IMG/VR virus record: IMGVR_UViG_3300012940_000050
Coordinates: 1 to 39,683 of that record
Origin: a virus
Lineage: Duplodnaviria > Caudoviricetes
DNA length: 39,683 nt
Reading direction: 5' to 3' (one strand)
In this document: positions 7,319 through 16,579 of the stretch, piece after piece
How positions within the stretch are numbered: position 1 is the stretch's first letter
Layout: each line of letters starts with the position of its first letter
Notes under the pieces: model-generated
Seen by the model: the letters and a program-made list of their open reading frames with translations, nothing else
Database searches by the model: none
Told to the model about the DNA's origin: nothing
Program-made: the position numbers and the translations under genes

Positions 7319-8553
7319 CAGTTGTACACCGACCAGGTTGGCAGGTACAGCTGAAAGTTCGCCCCCGGTAGGCCACTGCTGTTCGGGCGGATGTTGAAGT
7401 CTCCGCCCGGCTTCACGATGCAAGTGTGCGTGGTGCCGGCAGGAGTGTTCCCAACTGTGGCCGTGTAAACCCAATCCCCGGTGGGGCGAAAGAACTCAGG
7501 GATGGTTAGTGGGGTCCTCTCGGTGGTGCCAGAGAACCCGGTTGTTGCGAGAACGCCGCGCATCTCGATCTTGCCCCCGGACCCCATGCGTACAGCCGGA
7601 GCTGTGCCCGCGGCAGCGAACCCCGAGTTGATCGTGCAGGGAGTCCACTCCAAGGCACCGACCGCGCAAATCCAGCCGCCCCACGTGCCGTCATAGGTCC
7701 GCGTCCACGTCTGACCGCGAGTCGAGTGATACTCGGTGTACGTCTGATAGATGAACGAACCACCATCAGATGCGGCCACGTCAAGCTTACCTGCGATCGG
7801 GATCTTGTAGATCGGGTTGATCGGGTAGTTGCTGCCCGACTGGGCCTCTGCCGACTGGGATTGCATGTAGGTACCGGGGGTGGTGACCGAGTTCAGATCG
7901 ACCCCGCCACCCAGTTCCATCGCACCGTACGGAGCTACCCACGTGGTGCCTGACCACACGATGTAACGGCCACTGTCGGTCTCGAACGCGGTTTGTCCAG
8001 GGCGAAGCCACGCACCCGACGGTCGGGCACCAGACGTGCACGGAATGGTCGCACCGACTGGTGCAGTCCACTGCCGCAAATCCACCAGGGAAACGGCGGC
8101 AGTGCCGGGCGGCACAGTGGCCCGCGCCAGGGGCAACGTCCCGGCTGGCGGCGATGGGATGGCAGGGACAGCGTCAGGTGTGCCCTTCGTGACCACAACC
8201 TGCCCGGTACGGACCGCGCCGGACACGTCAGGATCCAACACCTGCAACGAGATCACGTCGATACGTGAATAGGTTCCGTCCCGTGCATCCAGCGTCTTCG
8301 CTTCACTGGCTGACAGTACAACTTCGTAGGATCCGTTCGTCCCTACCTGTGGGGTGACAACAGCAGATCCGACACCAACGGTGACGTTCAGTCCGGACAC
8401 AGTTGTCGCAAGTCCGTGCAGCACACCGGGCCGGGCGCTGAGTGCATCCGTGTCGTGCGCGTACGAACCGGACTGGGCGCGCCGCCACGTCCGAGCGTCG
8501 TAGGTGTAGGTGCCGCTCGGATCGTTGATGCCTATCGGCCTGTCGACAGTCAT
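7318..8553 (-). CDS. Minor tail or receptor-binding protein with pyocin-knob-like module
   Basis: SRIDVI...GTP baseplate-type N terminus; DLNSVTTPGTY...NYP...QTYT...WTRTY...WGGW knob-like segment; IPEFFRP C-terminal head motif. Confidence 0.78.
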   Translation of the reverse strand: MTVDRPIGINDPSGTYTYDARTWRRAQSGSYAHDTDALSARPGVLHGLATTVSGLNVTVGVGSAVVTPQVGTNGSYEVVLSASEAKTLDARDGTYSRIDVISLQVLDPDVSGAVRTGQVVVTKGTPDAVPAIPSPPAGTLPLARATVPPGTAAVSLVDLRQWTAPVGATIPCTSGARPSGAWLRPGQTAFETDSGRYIVWSGTTWVAPYGAMELGGGVDLNSVTTPGTYMQSQSAEAQSGSNYPINPIYKIPIAGKLDVAASDGGSFIYQTYTEYHSTRGQTWTRTYDGTWGGWICAVGALEWTPCTINSGFAAAGTAPAVRMGSGGKIEMRGVLATTGFSGTTERTPLTIPEFFRPTGDWVYTATVGNTPAGTTHTCIVKPGGDFNIRPNSSGLPGANFQLYLPTWSVYN

Positions 8554-8562
8554 TGAAACTCC

Positions 8563-9432
8563 TTATGCGGCAGGGACGTAGAAGAGATAGAGCGCGCCAG
8601 ACCCGGAGTCGGCACGGAACTGGACGGTCGTTTGGCCGGCCAGCAGTTGAGGCCATTCGCGAATGACTGGCGGCCGGGATGCGGTGCCGCCCAGTTTTGA
8701 GGAGTGTTCCTGCGGGTTCACCAACAGTTGATCTGCGGCACCCATGTCAAGGTTCCATGCGAGCGTTCGTTGGGCACCGTCTGGTTGCAGGGTGATGATG
8801 CGCGGGTTGAGTGCGGGCCCGATGATCACGAAGAACCAGAACCCGCCTCGCGGCGTAGTGAAGGTGATGTCGCCGGATATGGATGTCGCGTCGAACGCGA
8901 ATGGGAAGCTGAACGGGAACGACAGGCCACCAGACGTGGCTGGCAAACCCGTTGTGAGCTGATGCATTTCGCTCGCTGGGATCGGCGGATACAGCGGCGG
9001 CAAAACAGGTGGGGGGCCGCCTCGATACCAGGTCGGATCATCCGCAATCACCGTGCACGACCAGTCAAAGTCACGATCATTGATCGGCGTGATCTGAAGG
9101 TCACCATCCCGATACACGGTGATCGTCCGGTCACCGTCAGGCCAATGCACCGTCAACGGGACCGGATCAATCGACACCGCATCCTCAAGCGCCGCGATCT
9201 GTTCCCACATCGACCCGAGTTGACCCGGATAGCAGGACCCAGACAGGCCGAACGCCTTACCAGTCTTGAACGCTTTCGTAGACCACAAGCCAGCCGCTTG
9301 AACCCGTGGGCCGGACGCACGAATCGCGCCCGGCCCCCCAAACCCGTCAAACGCTGACAGTTGCCAATCAGTTCCGTCAGGTGTGGCAGGGTTGAACTTA
9401 AGCCCGTTCAACGTCACAGGAAGCCAGGCCAT
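8563..9432 (-). CDS. Distal tail protein (Dit-like)
   Basis: Directly after tape measure; ADDPTWY and GLSFPFSFPFAF motifs. Confidence 0.8.
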   Translation of the reverse strand: MAWLPVTLNGLKFNPATPDGTDWQLSAFDGFGGPGAIRASGPRVQAAGLWSTKAFKTGKAFGLSGSCYPGQLGSMWEQIAALEDAVSIDPVPLTVHWPDGDRTITVYRDGDLQITPINDRDFDWSCTVIADDPTWYRGGPPPVLPPLYPPIPASEMHQLTTGLPATSGGLSFPFSFPFAFDATSISGDITFTTPRGGFWFFVIIGPALNPRIITLQPDGAQRTLAWNLDMGAADQLLVNPQEHSSKLGGTASRPPVIREWPQLLAGQTTVQFRADSGSGALYLFYVPAA

Positions 9433-12400
9433 TACATATACCCCTTGAGACGTTGCCCGGCCGCAATGAATGCGGCATTCGGGTCAGTTTGTGTGAAGTA
9501 CTGGTTGACAGCACCAATGCCCGGACTGGTTGAGACGCCAGCCTGTGGGTTGGTCATCTGCACTGGCGCATACCGGGTCGGGCCCTGATACACGCCACCA
9601 TCAGCGAACGCCTGACCTCGACGGGCGGCAGCGTTCATCGCATCGACGGCGGCCGGACCGCCAACCTGGCGGACCCATTCGGGCCGCATGATCGCCTCAC
9701 CACCGGACAGGGCCAGATTCCCCGCGGTCGCAGACCGGAACAGGTGCACATCCCTGCCAGGCGTGTAGCCGGGCAGCACACCACCAGACGCGTACGGCAA
9801 ATAGATTTCCTTGCCGCCCAATCGTCCGACATTGGTGTTACCTGTCATCGGATTCATGTGTGGCGTGATGTTGACCGTGATCGACTTCGGCTTCAGGCTG
9901 TCCAAAGCCTTCTTGGCTTCCTTGTAGCCACCAGCGATCCACTTAGACACGATCTCGGCACGGGCACCCTCATCCACATCCTCAAGGCCCCGATTGATCT
10001 CTTCAATCTGAGCCTTCGTAGGCTTAGAGCCAGGTGCAGAAATCTCCGATGACACTTTGCGAGGAATCAGGTTCATCTCACGGGCAAGCTTCACAGCCTC
10101 ATCGCGAGGCTTACCCATCGCGACAGCCGTATTCACGTAATCTCGAACCAGATCGTTCTGCGCTTTGGAAACAGTCTCGGCTGTCGCCTTCTGATCCTTC
10201 AAATCCTGAATGTGCTTCTTGCCCGTCGCCAACAGGTCATTCAGGGCCCGCTGGTTCTTCCGTCCAGCCTCAGTGGTGATATCGAGAGCCTTGCCAGAGT
10301 CGATGTCGGCTTTCGCCATCTTCTTAGCCTGCTCGGCCGACTTGCCCTGATCCTTGTACTTCTTGATCAGCTCGTCCCGATATTCCTTGATCGACTGCTG
10401 TGCATCATCCAACGACTGCTGGTAGTCGATCTCACTGTTCGATGCCGCAAGAGCCGCCTCGGCCTGCTCTTCCATCGCCTGGGTGTATGCCTCAAGCGCC
10501 TGCGCCGCGTCACGGCTGGACGATGAGACCCGCTCGACAGCGGAGGCGACATCCTTGTTTCCAGCGGCAGCCTTCTTCACTGCCTCAGGGACTTCGCCGC
10601 CCATCCACTTCGCGTAGTCCTCAACCGTCAGCTTCGACGCATCGAAGCTTTGATCGGTCGCAGAGATCTGGTTAGCGACCTCCTGGAGACGCTTCTTGTA
10701 CTCCGGGAACGTCGCCAACAGTTGCTCGTTCGAAACCCCAGCATCCGCAGCAGACTTCTGAATCTCCTTGAACGCCTCAGCCGCTTGGCTCGCATCCATC
10801 TGAGACAGGGCCTGGTCCATCGCCTCAAACTGCCGTTGCACCTGACGCTGCGATGTGGACAGACCGCCCAACGCATCACCCATCGCGGAGATCGTGTTGT
10901 TGACCGGGTTCATGTTCTCTTTGAGCTGCTTGAACGCCGTCGACAGATCCTTGACCGACGTTCCCGCTTCGCCCTCAACACCGGCATCGAGCAGACGGTT
11001 CATCGCATCCGCTGCGCCGTCGCCACCCTTCGCAAGACCGATAAGGGCAGACGTGTACTCTTCCGCAGCGGCAGTCTGGCCCTGCATGAACCCTGTCGTC
11101 TTCACGACAGCGATGCCGGCCATCGCGACCGCAAGAGCACCGCCAGCAACAGCGGCCTTCTTCCAGCCGCCCTCGATCTTCGGGATCTGTGCCAGGTGCT
11201 GCGCGATAGGGCTGGCGACTTGACGGAACGATGACGCCATGTCACGGACCGACGCGACCATCTTCAACCCGGCACCCGCGGCGAGAAGGATCCCGCCCGA
11301 GATACCGATGAACGCGGTAGCGGCAGACACCACAGCCGGATCCAGCTTGTTCAGCCAGTCCACCGCCGCTTCGGCTGTCTGCACGAACCCGCGCAGCAAA
11401 CCGCCCGACCCGGAACCGCCACTGATCAACAGTGTGTCAAGGGAGCCTCGCAGCTTCTCAATGTCGCCGTTCAGGTTGTCCTGCAAGGTCGCGGCAGTCT
11501 TCGCGGCATAGCCAGATTCGTTGACCTCGTCCGTCCACTTGGCGATACCCTCAGCGCCCTCGTCGTACAGGATCGAAGCTGCCCGGATTGCATCCGTACC
11601 GAAGATCGTGGCCAGCGTGGACTGGCGCTGCTCATCGGTCATGTCCTTCATGCCGTCACGAAGCTGGCCGGCGAGCGCGGTCAAACCAACAAACTTGCCT
11701 TGCGCGTCATAGGCGTTGACGCCAGCATCCTTCAGTGCAGCAGCAGCGGCGTCAGACGGCCGCGCCAACGCAAGAAGCATCGTCTTCATGGACGTGCCAG
11801 CGTCAGAGCCGAGCAGACCGGCAGATGCGAACGCCGCCAGCCCGCCCGTCGTTTCCTCAATAGTGAGGCCGAACTGGGAAGCAACCAGGCCGCCCTGCTT
11901 CAAAGCCTGCGCAATGTCTTCAACGCCACCCTGGGCCTTGCCGGCCGCAGCAGCGAGGAGATCCGCTACGTGCGGAACATCAGCACCCTTGAGCTTGAAC
12001 TGCGTCAGCGCGGTAGCAGCGATCTCCGCTGCGTCACCGACAGCGATCTCACCGGCCGCCGCAAGGTCAAGGGCACCCTTCAATCCGCCCTGCAACGTGT
12101 CCTGTGCGGACACGCCAGCCTTCAACAACTCCGTGATGCCATCCGCAGCCTCACCGGCACTGAACGCCGTATCGGCACCAAGCTTGATCGCCTCAGCCCG
12201 CAGCGCTGTGATGTTGTTCCGGGCATCCTCGCCGGTAGCAGCAACACCAGACATCGACTTGTCAAAGTCGGCGAACGTCTTCACCGCAGCCGCAGCAAAC
12301 GCAACCAACGCCAGACCGGCACCAGTCAGAGCCAACGACACATCGTTGATCGCCTGCCGGTTGTCGTCCCAAAAGTTGACAGGATCCTTCGCGGCCGCCG

Positions 12401-12800
12401 TCATGGCGTCCGCAAGATCCATCGCCTCCGCTTCAGTCTTGCCCATCTCCTGGGCGGTCGCCGCAAGGGTGACCTTCACATCCTGCTGAGCTTTCGCCAG
12501 ATCCTCAGCCGATGCACCCTGCTCTTCCAGAGACTTCACGTAGGCGCTGCCCGACTGGGCCATGTCGTTCAGAACCTTCTGGTTCGCCCGGCCCTGCGCG
12601 GTCGTCAGATCAAGCGTCTTACCGTTGTCACGGATCGTCGCGGTTGCCTGATCAACACTGTTCCGGTACGCCAGTTCTGCTTTCGACGCTGCTAGGGCGG
12701 CATCGGCTGTCTTCTTCGTGGCCTGCTCAGCCTTACCGAGGGACGACACAAAGCCAGCCACGTCGGCCGCAAGCTTGACTGTGACAGTGCGGACCGACAT
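9432..12800 (-). CDS. Tape measure protein
   Basis: 1122 aa, Ala-rich; FDKSMS...FSAGEAA...GSDAGTSMK TP901-type core; follows the chaperones. Confidence 0.97.
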   Translation of the reverse strand: MSVRTVTVKLAADVAGFVSSLGKAEQATKKTADAALAASKAELAYRNSVDQATATIRDNGKTLDLTTAQGRANQKVLNDMAQSGSAYVKSLEEQGASAEDLAKAQQDVKVTLAATAQEMGKTEAEAMDLADAMTAAAKDPVNFWDDNRQAINDVSLALTGAGLALVAFAAAAVKTFADFDKSMSGVAATGEDARNNITALRAEAIKLGADTAFSAGEAADGITELLKAGVSAQDTLQGGLKGALDLAAAGEIAVGDAAEIAATALTQFKLKGADVPHVADLLAAAAGKAQGGVEDIAQALKQGGLVASQFGLTIEETTGGLAAFASAGLLGSDAGTSMKTMLLALARPSDAAAAALKDAGVNAYDAQGKFVGLTALAGQLRDGMKDMTDEQRQSTLATIFGTDAIRAASILYDEGAEGIAKWTDEVNESGYAAKTAATLQDNLNGDIEKLRGSLDTLLISGGSGSGGLLRGFVQTAEAAVDWLNKLDPAVVSAATAFIGISGGILLAAGAGLKMVASVRDMASSFRQVASPIAQHLAQIPKIEGGWKKAAVAGGALAVAMAGIAVVKTTGFMQGQTAAAEEYTSALIGLAKGGDGAADAMNRLLDAGVEGEAGTSVKDLSTAFKQLKENMNPVNNTISAMGDALGGLSTSQRQVQRQFEAMDQALSQMDASQAAEAFKEIQKSAADAGVSNEQLLATFPEYKKRLQEVANQISATDQSFDASKLTVEDYAKWMGGEVPEAVKKAAAGNKDVASAVERVSSSSRDAAQALEAYTQAMEEQAEAALAASNSEIDYQQSLDDAQQSIKEYRDELIKKYKDQGKSAEQAKKMAKADIDSGKALDITTEAGRKNQRALNDLLATGKKHIQDLKDQKATAETVSKAQNDLVRDYVNTAVAMGKPRDEAVKLAREMNLIPRKVSSEISAPGSKPTKAQIEEINRGLEDVDEGARAEIVSKWIAGGYKEAKKALDSLKPKSITVNITPHMNPMTGNTNVGRLGGKEIYLPYASGGVLPGYTPGRDVHLFRSATAGNLALSGGEAIMRPEWVRQVGGPAAVDAMNAAARRGQAFADGGVYQGPTRYAPVQMTNPQAGVSTSPGIGAVNQYFTQTDPNAAFIAAGQRLKGYM

Positions 12801-12809
12801 GCCTTGCTC

Positions 12810-13127
12810 CTATTGAATTGTGCGCCTCACGGCGTAGAAGATTCCCGGCTTGTCCCGCTTCTCACGAGACTCAGCCTTGTGTCGTTCCTGGCAGCCCTTG
12901 CATTCGTGCCGGACGATCGCGAACGGCTCCACCGTGTTGTCCAGCGGGCGGCTGCATGACGGGCACAGTTCGGCCTCGTTCGCCTCATGGGCAAGCAGGA
13001 TCGCCTGCTCACCGCGTGGCAGGTCGTCCCACTGGTGGGGGAGGATGCCCCACGCCTTCATCGTTTCGAGGGTGCCGCGTTCCGGTTTCAGGTCACGTTG
13101 GAGGTCTTCGAACGCTTCACGAAAGGG
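12810..13127 (-). CDS. Tail assembly chaperone, -1 frame segment (gpT part of gpGT)
   Basis: The -1 frame is open from the slippery site (F-R-E-A-F-E-D-L-Q-R...T-M-K-A-W) into ORF 12810..13061. Confidence 0.85.
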   Translation of the reverse strand, partial: PFREAFEDLQRDLKPERGTLETMKAWGILPHQWDDLPRGEQAILLAHEANEAELCPSCSRPLDNTVEPFAIVRHECKGCQERHKAESREKRDKPGIFYAVRRTIQ

Positions 13128-13645
13128 GCGGCATCACTGGCCTGCGCCAACGCCAACGCGGCCTGCCCAATCTGTTCGGTTTCCGACTCCAACAGACGAT
13201 CCTCCAGATCAGCCCAAGTGAGGTCCATGTCAACCGCCACGTCACCTTCGAACGCTTCGGTGCGAAGGTAGTACGCCTCACCCATTGCTGCACGATGCTC
13301 AATCGCGGTCAGTCCCTCGGACATGGCCCGCTTCGCAACTTCGGCGTACTTCTTCGGCACCCACTGCAACACGACGAACAGGCTGTTCTGGTTGATCTTC
13401 TCGTCAGCCTCTTCGATCCACCGGTTCACATCGTCAAGGTCCAGATCGGCTGGCGGGGTGGATGTGAGGTTCTTGCCGCCGTTCTCCTCGTACTGCTTGA
13501 CGGCCGCTTCATGCTGCGCAACCAGTGCGGCCCGGTGAGCAATCGCCGCGTCATAGTCTTCAACCAGGTCATGGTCGAGAGGGACACGGACCCGGACCTG
13601 CTCAACACGGGCGAGGAAGCGTTCACGAATGTTGGAAATGCTCAT
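13088..13645 (-). CDS. Tail assembly chaperone (gpG)
   Basis: Between major tail and tape measure genes; AGGAG RBS; slippery heptamer near the 3' end. Confidence 0.85.
   Translation of the reverse strand: MSISNIRERFLARVEQVRVRVPLDHDLVEDYDAAIAHRAALVAQHEAAVKQYEENGGKNLTSTPPADLDLDDVNRWIEEADEKINQNSLFVVLQWVPKKYAEVAKRAMSEGLTAIEHRAAMGEAYYLRTEAFEGDVAVDMDLTWADLEDRLLESETEQIGQAALALAQASDAAPFVKRSKTSNVT
13121..13127 (-). other. Programmed -1 frameshift site C CCT TTC
   Basis: X XXY YYZ heptamer in the correct phase (GCC CCT TTC). Confidence 0.88.
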
Positions 13646-13660
13646 GGGCCTCTACTCCTG

Positions 13661-13789
13661 TGGGGATGCTGGGGATGGGTTGGGGATGGGCCCGTGGCTG
13701 CCGTAGCTACACCAGGGCAGGCCGGTCACACCGGAAGGGTTCATGGCCAAAGGGGTGGCCGGCCGTAGCATCCCCACTACGGCCGGCCA
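13661..13789 (-). promoter_or_regulatory. Intergenic RNA element: 13-bp hairpin plus three loop-complementary 8-mers
   Basis: Stem 13756-13768/13777-13789 with mRNA loop UGGGGAUG; CAUCCCCA at 13661-68, 13670-77 and 13681-88. Confidence 0.6.
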
Positions 13790-13828
13790 GACAAGGTGTT
13801 TCCCAGACAGGGAAACGATCAGGAAACG

Positions 13829-14347
13829 TCAGGCGGCGATGGTGCCGAACACCTGCGTACGCTCCTGGATTGCGAGCTGCACGACAAACTCGTACTCTTC
13901 GCCCGCCTCAGTGGAGATCGGGGCAAGATCGACACCGGCAACGATCGCCTTCAAACCCTCGTAGCGCTGATCGGCTGCGGCCGCGTCAGTGTGGGCAAGG
14001 CCGGGACGGTGCGCCAGATAGACAGTGTCATCAAGAGCGAACTTGTCCATCAGCTCCAGGCCATCGGCTGCCTGCGGATCGTCCAGCGTTAACCGAAGCT
14101 CGCCAGACATTTCGTAGGTGCGGTCGCCGGGACGCTGCGTTGCGACAGGGTCGCACAGCTTCTTACGGGACACCATGGACACGTTGGTCTGTGTGCCGAA
14201 CGCTTCAGTGGCGCACTCGACCGCAAGGCCAGCATTCCACTCGGCAACAGTGATCGCGTTCAGGTCGGCCACAGCAGGCAGGACGACGATACGCGAGTTG
14301 GCGGCAGTGGCGATCCCGGCAGGATCGTAGACGGTGATGACACTCAT
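13829..14347 (-). CDS. Major tail protein
   Basis: 172 aa; ITVAEWNAG...KKLCD...RPG motifs; upstream of the chaperones. Confidence 0.88.
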   Translation of the reverse strand: MSVITVYDPAGIATAANSRIVVLPAVADLNAITVAEWNAGLAVECATEAFGTQTNVSMVSRKKLCDPVATQRPGDRTYEMSGELRLTLDDPQAADGLELMDKFALDDTVYLAHRPGLAHTDAAAADQRYEGLKAIVAGVDLAPISTEAGEEYEFVVQLAIQERTQVFGTIAA

Positions 14348-14571
14348 TGGTCGTCCTCTTCTTGTTCAGTTGTGGGTTCTGCTGGGGTGATCGGTGATGT
14401 AGGCGATGCGGGCTTGATCGTGATGTGGATCTTGTCTGGCAGTGGCTTCCCGTGCCCGTCGGTTGCGGGACGACCCTCAATGATGGGGAGGCCCCACGAT
14501 TCGGCGGCCTGTCGTGACCGGTGCAGGATCGAGCCGTCCGCTGCGCGGCACGCAACAATCTCGTGACTCAT
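14344..14571 (-). CDS. Small hypothetical virion-region protein
   Basis: Start reassigned to ATG 14571; ATGA overlaps at both ends. Confidence 0.65.
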   Translation of the reverse strand: MSHEIVACRAADGSILHRSRQAAESWGLPIIEGRPATDGHGKPLPDKIHITIKPASPTSPITPAEPTTEQEEDDQ

Positions 14572-14942
14572 GGGGTCCTCGTGATCAGTTGGTATGTGAG
14601 GGTGATCGATGTTCGTTCCCCGCCCGTGGTGGGGGTGCCGTCGGTCAGTTCCGGGCCAGCAGGCTGGGCAGCCAGCGGATGGTTCCCGTCGGGCTTCTGG
14701 TTGTTGAGTGCAGCCCGGACTTGTTGGGCGGCCCACCGGGCACCAGCCGGAACGGTGTTGACACACACGACATACAGGGTGATGGTGTCGCTGGCTGCCC
14801 TTGTGAGGTCCGAACGTGCCGTAACCCCACCATCTGTTGCCAGGTAGGCGTACGGGCCGTCAGGGGTCACCTGTGGGCGGCCGTCGTATGTTTCTAGCGG
14901 GATCACAGCACGGGCCCAGTCGAGAAGTTGTTGTGGGGTCAC
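14568..14942 (-). CDS. Tail terminator
   Basis: YDG-P...PYAYL motif; synteny. Confidence 0.75.
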   Translation of the reverse strand: MTPQQLLDWARAVIPLETYDGRPQVTPDGPYAYLATDGGVTARSDLTRAASDTITLYVVCVNTVPAGARWAAQQVRAALNNQKPDGNHPLAAQPAGPELTDGTPTTGGERTSITLTYQLITRTP

Positions 14943-15283
14943 AGGACCTCCTCAACAAGCTTGCCCATGGCCGACTCAAACAAGGGTTCGTTCTGGTCGG
15001 CCGCTGGACCCATGTACGGACGGGGAGACATCTTGTAGGTGCCAAACTCAACGTACGCGCCGTAGTTCACGGTCGGGCCGATCTCCGCTGACAGCGGGCC
15101 ATCAAACGATGTGGTGATCGATGACCGGAGCGCGCCCGTTTCACCTACGGGTGCGTTCTTCTGTCCGGCAGCCTGAATGTCCGTCGCAACCTTCCGCACC
15201 ACCAGCGAGGCCCTGACCTGTGTCTTCTCCGAAGCGGCCCCAAGATCGGCGGCAAGATTCTTGATCTCTGACCAGTCAGACAT
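14939..15283 (-). CDS. HK97 gp10-like neck protein
   Basis: APV-ETGALRSSI, YGAYVEFGTYKMSPRPYMGPA. Confidence 0.9.
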   Translation of the reverse strand: MSDWSEIKNLAADLGAASEKTQVRASLVVRKVATDIQAAGQKNAPVGETGALRSSITTSFDGPLSAEIGPTVNYGAYVEFGTYKMSPRPYMGPAADQNEPLFESAMGKLVEEVL

Positions 15284-15286
15284 GGC

Positions 15287-15706
15287 TCATCCCATCGTCA
15301 ACGTGCAGATCAGACGCCGCTGAATCGCCAACTCGTTCGCCGCTTTCGCCTCAGCCACAATCAGAGTCACACCCGACAGGGTGGGATCGTCCGCAGAGAC
15401 CACATGCACTTCGTCATCAACGAGAACATTCCCCACAGACACAGGAACCTTGACCGCATACGCGCTGCGAGTGACAACTTGGCCGCCGATGACCTGCTCC
15501 GCAGCTTCCTGCTGCGCGGCCGCCTGAACCAGACCGACACCAGGATCTGCAAGAGTCCCATAGCGGGCCGGCCCGGGTATCGTTGTGTTCTGCCCGGTGG
15601 CCGGGTCGAACCCCTTAGTGGAAGGGCCGGTGATGTACAGGCGGCACGTCATCGCCTGCTCTGCAAGATCCCTGCACGCTTGGATCTCGGCGTCAGTGAT
15701 GATCAT
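15287..15706 (-). CDS. Head-to-tail stopper (DUF6093-like)
   Basis: AEQAMT-C-I...FDPATG motifs; synteny. Confidence 0.75.
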   Translation of the reverse strand: MIITDAEIQACRDLAEQAMTCRLYITGPSTKGFDPATGQNTTIPGPARYGTLADPGVGLVQAAAQQEAAEQVIGGQVVTRSAYAVKVPVSVGNVLVDDEVHVVSADDPTLSGVTLIVAEAKAANELAIQRRLICTLTMG

Positions 15707-16137
15707 GACCAGTTCCCGATCACGCCACGGCCACCACGTAGCCGGTCACTGGTCGGCCGGTAGTACGACAGTCGGCCATCCACCTCGATCAACCCCAACC
15801 CTGTTCCGTACTCGGGTGACATCGGGGACTGTGACCTGAGCCAGCGTGCCAGCGACATGAAGTCCGGCGCGGACCGTTTGAACGTGCTGTTCTCCGAAGT
15901 GAACTCCAGCACACCACCGGCAGCCATCGCCCTACCTGCAAGCAACGATGCCGCCTCAGCGGCCGCCCAGTACGGGTCATATGTGTCGATGTAGCCGATC
16001 GAGCCGGGGGCCCGTCCGTCCTCATCCCACGTCAACGACTGGTCCAACGCATAATCAATGTCGTCCTGCGTGAGGAGGGCGACAGTGGCCGGGCCAAGCA
16101 GCAGTTTCATGCGTGCTTCAGCTTCTGTGCGGTCCAT
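15703..16137 (-). CDS. Head-to-tail adaptor
   Basis: LTQDDIDYAL...YDPYWAAAEA; synteny. Confidence 0.75.
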   Translation of the reverse strand: MDRTEAEARMKLLLGPATVALLTQDDIDYALDQSLTWDEDGRAPGSIGYIDTYDPYWAAAEAASLLAGRAMAAGGVLEFTSENSTFKRSAPDFMSLARWLRSQSPMSPEYGTGLGLIEVDGRLSYYRPTSDRLRGGRGVIGNWS

Positions 16138-16162
16138 TGCCGCCCCCCATCATTCAGTTGTT

Positions 16163-16573
16163 TCAGGCCTTCAGTGCGGCGATGATCTCGTTGATCTTGG
16201 TGGCACACTCGGCTTCGGTTGCCTCGGCAGGCACCAGATCGGCCACCAGAGCGGCAATCTGGGTCTTCGCCTTCAATGCGTTACCAACCTCGGTCGAAGT
16301 GGGCGTGTAGTTGCCTGCCTTCGCAGTCGAGGAGGTCGTGCCGAGCGCCAGGCTGGACGTGCCCGCGCCGATAGCGGTACGGGCCGCCGCAGCGTCCGCA
16401 CCAGCAGCGATCACGGCAGGCTTGTCGGTCACATCGTCCCAAGCAACAGTGGTTTCCCCGCCGCCGCCGATGACGATCGGGTCGCCGTTCTCGTCGAACA
16501 GGGCCAGTCGGCCAAGCGCCTGATTGGGCTTGACCGTGGCCTGCTCGACAACCTCAAACTGTGCGGTAGCCAT
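16163..16573 (-). CDS. Head fiber or capsid decoration protein
   Basis: WDDVTDKP...AAAARTAIGAGTSSLALGTT..TAKAGNY...KINEIIAALKA; follows the capsid gene. Confidence 0.7.
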   Translation of the reverse strand: MATAQFEVVEQATVKPNQALGRLALFDENGDPIVIGGGGETTVAWDDVTDKPAVIAAGADAAAARTAIGAGTSSLALGTTSSTAKAGNYTPTSTEVGNALKAKTQIAALVADLVPAEATEAECATKINEIIAALKA

Positions 16574-16579
16574 CAGGCA

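Noticed and set aside
5460-8553. Diversity-generating retroelement or invertible tail cassette
   Set aside because: No reverse transcriptase, no serine invertase and no duplicated tail-tip sequence seen
9744-14253. Long + strand ORFs opposite structural genes (e.g. 11700..12695, 12818..13768)
   Set aside because: Shadow frames typical of high-GC coding DNA, with no motifs or RBS
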